This document shows positions 12,421 to 20,000 of a stretch of DNA of 20,000 nt, piece by piece; position 1 is the stretch's first letter, and each line of letters begins with the position of its first letter. This stretch comes from Chiloscyllium plagiosum (lineage: Eukaryota). The DNA is taken from positions 77,184,922 to 77,204,921 of the forward strand of contig NC_057718.1 of the NCBI RefSeq assembly GCF_004010195.1. Direction: 5' to 3'. The notes beneath the pieces are model-generated. The model ran no database searches and had not been told where the DNA came from. It saw nothing but the letters and a program-made list of their open reading frames with translations. Position numbers and translations under genes: made by a program.

Positions 12421-12599
12421 ACTTGTGGCTAGAACTTCAACTTATGTTGATGAGAGAGTAGGACAAGTGGTATACATAGTGTGACACACAGTTAATGAGG
12501 CATGTTTGGAAAAAAATAGCACAAGAAAACTCACTCAGTCTCTTCAAAATGCTACTAAGCTGACTTCTGGCAAGCTTCAGCCCTATGATGTGATGGAAA

Positions 12600-13710
12600 T
12601 TCATAGACTTGTGCAGCACAGTCCAACTCGTCCATCCTGACCAGATATCCTAAGTTAACCTAGTCCCATTCACTAGCACTTGGTCTATATCCCTGTAAAC
12701 CTTCCAAATTATATACCCATCCAGGTGCCTTTCAAATCTTGTAATTTTACCAGCATCCATCACATTCTCTGTCAGTTCATTCCATACACTCACCACCCTC
12801 TGCGTGAACAAGTTGCTCCTTAGATCACTTTTATATCTTTCCCCTCTCATCTATGCCATCTACTTTTGGACTCCAGTAACTTGGGAAAAAGACCCTGGGT
12901 ATTCAGGAAAATTAACGTTTCGGGCAAAAGCCGTTCATCACTTTCAACCTGGTTATTCACCCTATCCATGCCCCTCATGATTTTATAAACCTCTATCAGG
13001 TTACCCCTCAATCTCCAAGGAAAATAGTCCCAGCCTGTTCAGCCTCTCCCTATAGCTCAAACCCTGGTAACATACTTGTAATTTTTTTCTGCCCCCTTTC
13101 AAGTTTAACAACATTTTTCCTATAGAAGTGAGACCAGAATTGAATGCAGTATTCCAAAAGTAGCCTAACTAATGTCCTGTACAGCCATCACATAACATCC
13201 CAACTCCTATACTCAATGCACTGACCCATAAAACAAGTGTACCAAAAGTCTTCTTCACTACTCTATTTACCTGTGATTCCACCTTCAAGGAACTATGAAC
13301 CTGTACCCTAAGGTCTGTTTCTTTTGCAATAGTCCCCAAGACCAACTGTTAAGTGTATAAGTCCTGCCCTGATTTGCCTTACCAAAACGCAACACTTCGC
13401 ATTTACCGAAATTAAATTCCATCTGCTGCTCCTCCTATTGGCCCATCTGATCAAGGTCCCTTTGTACTCTGAGATAATCTTCACTCTCCACCACACCACC
13501 AATTTTGGTGTCACCTGCTAACTTACTAACCATTCCTCCTATATTCACATCCAAATCATTTACACAAATGACAAAAAACAGTGGACTCAGCACTGATCAT
13601 TCTGGTACACTGCTGGTCACAAGCCTCCAGTCTGAAAAACAAACCTGCACCATCAACCACGCCTCTTACCTTCAAGCCAATTTTGTATCTAAATGGCTCG
13701 TTCTCCCTGG
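12600..13710 (-). mobile_element. CR1 LINE 3' fragment (RT to 3' UTR), pseudogenised
   Basis: Colinear with 7220-8200. KLAGDTK (degenerate FADDTK, ~13503-13525) and ORF 12650-12850 RGERYKSDLRSNLFTQRVVSVWNEL (CR1 ORF2 C-terminus). 3' UTR near 12600-12690. Confidence 0.9.
12906..12947 (-). mobile_element. 42-bp Penelope-derived micro-insertion (hammerhead-like core) within CR1
   Basis: ggaaaattaacgtttcgggcaaaagccgttcatca aligns with ggagaatcgacgtttcgggcataaacccttcttca (14828-14862). Flanked by cctgggtattca (12894-12905) and cctggttattca (12948-12959). Confidence 0.7.
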
Positions 13711-13843
13711 ATAGTGACTTCCTGGATGTTATTTTTAAATTAGAAATAATAACCAGGATCCAGTAAATCATTTGATGTTGTTTCGGCTGTTAAACAAAAC
13801 AATTGTCGTTTTAAATTATTATGTATTGTTTTAAATCATATAG

Positions 13844-13973
13844 AAGATGATCAATCCAGACAACTCCAAGTCAAACTTCTACAACTGGAAACAGAAATTG
13901 AACGCTTCAAAGTAGAAAACACAACATTAGCCAAAATGAAAGAGAAACAAGAACTAGCCATGGAAAGTCTCAG
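13844..13973 (+). CDS. Next coding exon of the CENPJ-family gene (coiled-coil region), 130 bp
   Basis: T-rich tract plus catatAG acceptor (13842-13843) and CTCAG|GTAGGT donor. Splices in frame to the phase-1 end of the large exon (G+AA=Glu): EDDQSRQLQVKLLQLETEIERFKVENTTLAKMKEKQELAMESL(R). Closely resembles the recalled CENPJ coiled coil ([26 protein letters not shown]). Not in the supplied ORF track. Confidence 0.88.
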
Positions 13974-14581
13974 GTAGGTTTCAAAATTATGATCATGTCT
14001 GCTTGTAAGCAGATTCTATTCCACACTTACTGAAGTGAAACGACCAATAACTGCAGACAAAATGACTTGTCACATTATCATCCTCTGAACCCTCCACACA
14101 CACTGTCTAGCACCCAAGTTCAGTCCATTGTGGTGCAAAGGCTGACACTATTATTAAAATGTCGTCATGCCCATCCAACCACTGATATCCTTTAGCATCT
14201 GGAATTGACATCATCACAATTTGTTCCACCTTTAGATAAAAGATGAAATGTTGAAAGAAAATGACTGTGTCATAATTGTCTTGCTGTGACCATTTCAACC
14301 TGTGTTTATTCTCTGTCATGTGTTATGTATGTTCAATCAGTTGAGGAAGTAAAATTGGTGGATAAGGATTGCTGAATGACAGAAACATGGAAGGTTTAAT
14401 CTCTATATCTGTTGATAAATTACATAATCCTATTTCAATGTTAGGGGTTATTACTGTAGTCAGTGTCTGCTCTGAGCACTTCTCAGTGGTCTCCATAGTC
14501 AATAGTGCAGAGTTATATAATGGAATGGAACTCCACCTGATGTGTTTGCAAATTGATTACCTCAGTCTTATTTCATCTATA

Positions 14582-14677
14582 CAGTCAGAACCTTTAAAGG
14601 TTCATGCTTTAAAAAGTGTCCCCAATCGCATTGTAGTGAATTCGTGTTAACGAAACACGTTATAGCAGAATAACCTG
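14582..14677 (-). mobile_element. Possible Tc1/mariner (Tigger-like) non-autonomous DNA transposon end
   Basis: Minus strand TA|CAGGTTATTCTGCTATAACGTGTTTCGTTAACACGAATTC...TTGGGGACAC: TA-CAG terminus and CpG-containing palindromic subterminal sequence. No clear partner TIR found. Confidence 0.4.
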
Positions 14678-14830
14678 TACTATTGATGGAAAGTTCTTCT
14701 TTTCATTGTCCATAAATCTGAATGACTGTAGATTTATAGGAGAAAGTGAGGTCTGCAGATGCTGGAGATCAGAGCTGGAAATGTGTTGCTGGAAAAGCGC
14801 AGCAGGTCAGGCAGCATCCAGGGACCAGGA

Positions 14831-14864
14831 GAATCGACGTTTCGGGCATAAACCCTTCTTCAGG
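14831..14864 (-). ncRNA. Minimal hammerhead-ribozyme-like motif of the PLE pseudo-LTR
   Basis: Minus strand C-CUGAAGA-A-GGGU(UUAU)GCCC-GAAA-CGUC-GAUUC: CUGANGA and GAAA core boxes, a 4-bp stem II and a palindromic ACGU in place of stem III. Stem I pairing is weak and activity is unproven. Confidence 0.55.
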
Positions 14865-14995
14865 AAGATTCGCGACCCCCGTGGCTATGGGGAATAACTC
14901 TGTCTCTGCGGTCGCCGCAGCCACTTCCGCCCCCAGTGACGTCACTAACCTACACGCCCACAACGCCGCATGTGTCTCCGCCCCCACGCCGATCT

Positions 14996-15078
14996 CCACG
15001 CCTAACCCCGCCCCCCTGGCGAGTTCCGTCACCACGCCTAACCCCGCCCCTTCGCCGATCTCCGACTGCATGCCTAAC
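14996..15078 (+). repeat. 36-bp-period GC-rich tandem repeat running into the gap
   Basis: ccacgcctaaccccgcccc at 14996-15014 and 15032-15050. A third unit catgcctaac at 15069-15078 is cut by the Ns. Confidence 0.75.
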
Positions 15079-15533
15079 NNNNNNNNNNNNNNNNNNNNNN
15101 NNNNNNNNNNNNNNNNNNNNNNNNNNNNNNNNNNNNNNNNNNNNNNNNNNNNNNNNNNNNNNNNNNNNNNNNNNNNNNNNNNNNNNNNNNNNNNNNNNNN
15201 NNNNNNNNNNNNNNNNNNNNNNNNNNNNNNNNNNNNNNNNNNNNNNNNNNNNNNNNNNNNNNNNNNNNNNNNNNNNNNNNNNNNNNNNNNNNNNNNNNNN
15301 NNNNNNNNNNNNNNNNNNNNNNNNNNNNNNNNNNNNNNNNNNNNNNNNNNNNNNNNNNNNNNNNNNNNNNNNNNNNNNNNNNNNNNNNNNNNNNNNNNNN
15401 NNNNNNNNNNNNNNNNNNNNNNNNNNNNNNNNNNNNNNNNNNNNNNNNNNNNNNNNNNNNNNNNNNNNNNNNNNNNNNNNNNNNNNNNNNNNNNNNNNNN
15501 NNNNNNNNNNNNNNNNNNNNNNNNNNNNNNNNN
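15079..15533. other. Assembly gap (455 N)
   Basis: Run of N. ORFs spanning it are artefacts. Confidence 1.
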
Positions 15534-15559
15534 GGAACGTTTGGACGTTTCGGGCATAA

Positions 15560-15757
15560 TCCCAGACCGTCCATAACCTCATCACCTCGGGGGATCTCCC
15601 ATCCACCGCCTCCAACCTCATAGTCCCACAACCCCGCACCTCCCGCTTCTACCTCCTGCCCAAAATCCACAAACCTGACTGCCCCGGCCGACCCATTGTC
15701 TCCGCCTGCTCCTGCCCCACCGAACTCATCTCCGCATACCTTGACACCGTCCTGTCC
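15560..15757 (+). pseudogene. Penelope-type reverse transcriptase fragment (N-terminal RT motifs)
   Basis: Open frame SQTVHNLITSGDLPSTASNLIVPQPRTSRFYLLPKIHKPDCPGRPIVSACSCPTELISAYLDTVLS. FYxLPKIHK...RPIVS is the PLE/telomerase-like RT motif 1-2 signature. Not in the supplied ORF track in this frame. Confidence 0.9.
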
Positions 15758-15760
15758 TTT

Positions 15761-15794
15761 CCTGAAGAAGGGCTTATTCCCGAAATGTCGATTC
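15761..15794 (+). ncRNA. Second hammerhead-like motif (mutated copy), in the sense orientation of the host intron
   Basis: CCTGAAGAAGGGCTTATTCCCGAAATGTCGATTC: core boxes intact, but stem II (GCCC>TCCC) and the ACGT palindrome (>ATGT) carry substitutions. Confidence 0.45.
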
Positions 15795-16089
15795 TCCTGT
15801 TCCCTGGATGCTGCCTGACCTGCTGCGCTTTTCCAGCAACACATTTCCAGCTGTAGATTTATAGGGCTTTGTAATCTATACATTGTGGTTACTTGAAACT
15901 GCTAATTATTTTCTCAATGAATTGGAACTGGCCATCAAAATATCTGGGAGGTTTGATCCTAAATCTTCAAAGCAATAGTGCAAGCATTTGTCTTTGGTGA
16001 CAGAGATTTTCAGTGCAGAAGATATTGCCATATAACTCAAGGGTAGACATCATTATTTCAGTATTTATGTATAATGCAAGCATTTGCCC

Positions 16090-17187
16090 GAATATGGCAT
16101 CAAAGAGTCCTAGCAAAACTGGAATCAATGGGTATTGGGAGCAAACTCTCCAGTGGCTAGACTCATATCTGACACATAGGAAAATGGTCGTGGTTGTTGG
16201 AGGTCAGTCATCTTATCTGCAGGATATCTCTTAGGAATTCCTCAGTGTAGTGTCCCCGACCCAACCATCTTCAGCTGCTTCATTAATGACCTTCTTTCTG
16301 TCGTAAGGTCCGAAGTGGGGATGATCACCGACAATTGTACAATGTTCAACACCATTCACGACACTCAAACGCTAAAGCAGTACGTGTCCAAATGCAACAA
16401 GATCTGGACAATATCCAGGCTTGGGCTGACAAGTGGCAAGTAACATTCACGTCACACAAATGCTAGGCTATGACCATCACCAATAAGAGACAATCTAAGC
16501 ACCGCCCCATGACACCATCGCTGAATCCCTCACTATCCAACATCCTGGGATTTATTATTGATCAGTAACTCAACCGGACTCACCACATAAATGCAGTGGC
16601 TGCAAGAGCAGGCCAAAGGCTAGGAATACTGATTGAATAACTCACCTCCTGACTCCTGAAAACCTGTCTGCCATCTACAAGGCACAAGTCAAGAGTGTGT
16701 GATAGAATACTCCCCACTTTCCTGGATGAGTGCAGTCCCAACAATACGCAAGAAGCTTGATATCGTCCAGGACAGAGCAGCCCGCTTGATTGGCACTGTA
16801 TCCATGAGCATCCACTCTCTCCACCTGTAATGCTCAGTAGCAGCAGTGTATACTATCAACAAGATGCACTGCAGATTTTCATCAAAGATCTTCAAGTAGC
16901 ACCTTCCAAACCCACAACCACTTCTATCTGGAAGGACAAGGGCAGCAGATATATGGGAACACCACCACCATCAAGTTCCCTTCCAAGATTCTCACCTTCC
17001 TGACTTCGAAATACCTTGGTGTTCCTTTATTGTTGTTGGGTCAAAATCCTGGAATTCCCTCCCTAATGGCATTGTGGATCAACCCACAGCAGGGGGACTG
17101 TAGCGATTCAAGAAGACATTTCATCCCTACCTGCTCAAGGGGAGCTAGGAATGGCCAGCCAGCAATGCCCACATCGCATAAAAAAAG
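16090..17187 (+). mobile_element. 5'-truncated non-LTR retrotransposon (CR1/L2 group, distinct from the other CR1 copies), RT to 3' end, pseudogenised
   Basis: LQWLDSYLTHRKMVVVVGGQSS..QDIS.GIPQCSVPDPTIFSCFINDL...VGMITDNCTMF (degenerate GVPQGSVLGP and FADD motifs), QQDLDNIQAWADKWQVTF and IYKAQVKSV.EYS. Ends in gcccacatcgcat plus an A-tract at ~17180-17187. Confidence 0.88.
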
Positions 17188-17529
17188 TTTTAAAAATGCC
17201 ATATTCATGAATAATGGCATATTTGGTGTTGAACTACTTCACACCACTGACATATGTCTCACTGTCATGTGCAAGGAGTTATTTGACTCTTCAGTACTGA
17301 TCTATTTCTGTAAGGGACTTCCATTTCAAATCAAGGCCAATAGGTTTCCATGCAACACAAGCAGAGATCACAGTTTGCTGAAACTTATCATGTTTCAGTT
17401 AATCTCACTTCAATCATGATTATTTTTATTCATATATTTACATAGCACTTCATCTTCCCTGAATAATGGGGAAATTATTGAAAGTGTTATGTTGATTAAC
17501 CTGCAAGACTGCCTCATAAATGCTCCAAG

Positions 17530-17660
17530 AGAAAGTGAGGACTGCAGATGCTGGAGATCAGAGCTGAAAATGTGTTGCTGGAAAAGCGCAGCAGGTCAGG
17601 CAGCATCCAAGGAACAAGAGAATCGACGTTTTGGGCATGAGCCCTTCTTCAGGAATGAGG
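17530..17660 (-). mobile_element. Solo PLE pseudo-LTR copy with hammerhead-like motif
   Basis: Near-identical to 14741-14866 (agaaagtgaggactgcagatgctggagatcagagctg...gaatcgacgttttgggcatgagcccttcttcaggaa). On the minus strand the GAAA box is mutated to AAAA. Confidence 0.88.
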
Positions 17661-18104
17661 AAAAAAAAAGTCAAAACAACAGCAGTTTTAAAAGGGTGAA
17701 GAGCAGACAAAGGAAGCACGTGATGAGGACAGTGCAGGAGAGAGAGAAAGAGAGAGAACACCTGCACTGTTACCGCCTTTGCTGTTTGAATTCATGAATC
17801 GCTGGACATCGGAGTGCATCTGGGAAAATTAACAAACAGTGAAATTCACAACTAATCTTGGAGGAACTGTTGGGCGAAGTTCACAACACAGAATCAAATA
17901 AGTTAATTGTTGTTTTAAGTCTGTCCAAGAGAAAGGCTGGATTAGTGAGTACAGTGGGTTCTTTATGGATTGTATGTTTTTGGAGATAAGTCTCTTGATT
18001 AAACTTAAAATATAAGCCATAGCTATTAATTTAACCTGGGGCAGTGATTGTAGAGGAATAAGACGGTGTTGTTTTCTGGGTCTGTAGATTGTGAAGGAGC
18101 AAAA

Positions 18105-19034
18105 ATGGCCTTTGCAGTGATATGTACTTCTTGTCAGATGTGGGAGTTTAAAGAGAGTTTAAGGGTTACTGCGGATTATATCTGCATAAATGCTGTTGGA
18201 TGCAAATATTGTCAGATCGAGTGGATCGGTTGGAGAGACAGACAGAAGCGATGAGGAATTTGCAACAGCAACATTATGTGATGGATGGCAGTTATAGGAA
18301 AGGGGGAAAGGCTCAGATACAGTTACATAGATGGGTTAACTCCAGGAAGGGTAAGAGAGGTAGGCAGCTAGTGCAGGAGCCTTTTGTGGATATACACATT
18401 TCAAACAGGTATGCTATTTTGGAAAATGTAGAGGGTGATGGATTCTCAGAGGAACGTAGCACGAACAGCCAAGTTTCTGGTATTGAGACTGGTTCTAATG
18501 CAACGAGGGGTATGTCGGCTTCCAAGAGATCAATTGTGTTAGGGGATTCTGTAGTCAGAGGTACAGACAGACGTTTCTGTGGTCAGCAGAAAAAAGAAGG
18601 ATGGTGTGCTGTTTCCCTGGTGCCAGGATCAAGGATGTCTCAGAGAGGGTGCAGAATGTTCTCACGGGGGAGAGGGGAAGCAAGAGGTCATTGTCCATAT
18701 TGGAACCAACAATATAGGAAGGGAAAAGGTTGAGATTCTGAAGGGAGATTACAGAGAGTGAGACAGAAATTTAAAAAGGAGGTCCTCAAGGGTAGTAATA
18801 TCTGGATTACTCCCAGTGCTACAAGCTAGTGAGAGCAGGAATAGGAGGATAGAACAGATGAATGCATGGCTGAGGAGCTGGTGTATGGGAGAAGGATTCA
18901 CATTTTTGAATCATTGGAATCTCTTTTGGGGTAGAAGTGACCTGTACAAGAAGGACGGATTTCACCTAAATTGGAAGGGGACTAATATATTGGCAGGGAA
19001 ATTTGCTAGAACTGCTTGGGAGGATTTAATCTAG
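18105..19034 (+). pseudogene. CR1 ORF1: Cys-rich zinc-finger-like N-terminus, coiled coil, SGNH/GDSL esterase domain (frameshifted)
   Basis: MAFAVICTSCQMWE...YIC/KCCWMQILSDRVDRLERQ (CxxC...CxxC plus heptads). IVLGDSVVRG (block I Ser), VIVHIGTNNIG (block III), KDGFHLNWKG (block V DxxH). Split across four ORF-track frames. Confidence 0.88.
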
Positions 19035-19140
19035 GAAGGTGGGAGGGTGAGACAGTGAGGAAAGAGATCGATCTGAGTCGGGTACAGCTGAGAACAGAAG
19101 TGAGTCAAACAGTCGGGGCAGGCAGGGACAAGGTAGGACT

Positions 19141-20000
19141 AATAAATTAAACTGCATTTATTTCAATGCAGGGGGCCTAACAGAGAAGACAGATGAACTC
19201 AGGGTATGGTTAGGAACATGGGACTCGGATACCATAGTAATTACAGAAACATGGCTCAGGTATGGGCAGGACTGGCAGCTGAATGTTCCAAGATACAAAT
19301 GCTACAAGAAAGATAGAAAGGGAGGCAAGAGAGGAGGGGGAGTGGCATTTTTGATAAGGGATAGCATTACAGCTGTGCTGAGGGAGTATATTCCTGGAAA
19401 TACATCCAGGGAAGTTATTTGGGTGGAACTGAGAAATAAGAAAGGGATGATCACCTTATTGGGATTATACTATAGACCCCCCAATAGTCAGAGGGAAATT
19501 GAGAAACAAACTTGTAAGGAGATCTCAGCTATCTATAAGAATAATAAGGTAGTTATGGTAGGGGATTTTAACTTTCCAAACATCGACTGGGGCTGCCATA
19601 GTGTTAACGGTTGACATGGAGAGGAATTTCTTAAGTGTGTACAAGACAATTTTCTGATTCAGTATGTGGATGTACTAGAGAAGGTGCAAAACATGATCTA
19701 CTTTTGGGAAATAAGGCAGGGCAGGTGACTGAGGTGTCAGTGGGGGGACAGTTTGGGGCCAGCGACCATAATTCTATTTGTTTTAAAATAGTGATGGAAA
19801 AAGATAGACCAGATCTAAAAGTTGAAGTTCTAAATTGGAGAAAGGCCAATTTTGACGGTATTAGGCACGAACTTTCGAAAGCTGATTGGAGGCAGATGTT
19901 CGCAAGTAAAGGAAAATGGGAAGCTTTCAGAAATGAGATTACAAGAATCCAGAGAAAGTATATTCCTGTCAGGGTGAAAGGGAAGGCTGGTAGGTATAGG
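19141..20000 (+). pseudogene. CR1 ORF2 N-terminal APE endonuclease domain (disrupted)
   Basis: LNCIYFNA, IVITETWL, DRKGGKRGGGVAFLI, LYYRPP, MVGDFNFPNIDW and ASDHNSI (~19758-19778). In-frame TGA at 19612-19614 and a frameshift near 19675. Confidence 0.92.

Larger units (their letters stand above)
4379..13843 (+). other. GT-AG phase-1 intron (~9.5 kb), repeat-rich
   Basis: Bounded by GTATGT and TAG, with compatible phases on the flanking exons. No other convincing exon seen inside. Confidence 0.75.
14741..15852. mobile_element. Penelope-like element (PLE), rearranged, with inverted pseudo-LTR termini and TSD
   Basis: 14773-14866 is the reverse complement of 15759-15852 (few mismatches). Direct repeat ctgtagatttatagg at 14726-14740 and 15851-15865. 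Interior is GC-rich and includes a PLE RT fragment. Confidence 0.88.
17670..20000 (+). mobile_element. CR1 LINE 5' portion: putative 5' UTR, ORF1 and start of ORF2; continues past the window end
   Basis: ORF1 and ORF2 motifs occur in the canonical order (see next two features). The 5' boundary is approximate. Confidence 0.9.

Noticed and set aside
14746..15883. Five long ORFs (207-276 aa) on both strands
   Set aside because: Their length comes from translating the 455-N gap. Only the RT fragment at 15560-15757 has protein-family motifs.
14741..17660. Recurrent ~125-bp sequence or 36-bp periodicity as a CRISPR-like array or prokaryotic system
   Set aside because: The context is a eukaryotic intron with no regular repeat-spacer array and no cas-like ORFs. 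The repeats are explained by PLE termini and a minisatellite.
13974..20000. Further exon of the CENPJ-like gene
   Set aside because: No phase-2 acceptor followed by a coiled-coil-like reading frame was found. The short ORFs at 14107-14650 and 17030-17419 have no recognisable motifs or overlap repeat ends.

Overview
This is eukaryotic vertebrate genomic DNA, not prokaryotic. The repeat families (HE1/V-SINE-like and Deu-SINE-like SINEs, CR1 LINEs, Penelope-like elements) point to a cartilaginous fish such as a shark (inference from recalled family consensus sequences). The window lies inside a + strand CENPJ/CPAP (SAS-4)-family gene. It shows a 1609-bp coding exon (2770-4378) with the PN2-3-like FLKRGEGIARF motif, a ~9.5-kb intron, and a phase-compatible 130-bp coiled-coil exon (13844-13973) that the ORF track misses. 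Most of the rest is retroelement-derived: several SINEs, degraded CR1 fragments, a second CR1/L2-group LINE, and the 5' part of a CR1 (zinc-finger/SGNH-esterase ORF1 plus APE endonuclease) running off the window end. The most notable structures are (i) a Penelope-like insertion with inverted termini, a perfect 13-15-bp target-site duplication and hammerhead-ribozyme-like motifs at its junctions, (ii) a 42-bp hammerhead-core-only insertion with its own 12-bp duplication, and (iii) signs that the host gene is a divergent CENPJ paralog. I see no convincing evidence for a wholly new system; these are unusual instances of known classes. Family names come from motif recognition only, and no database search was run.
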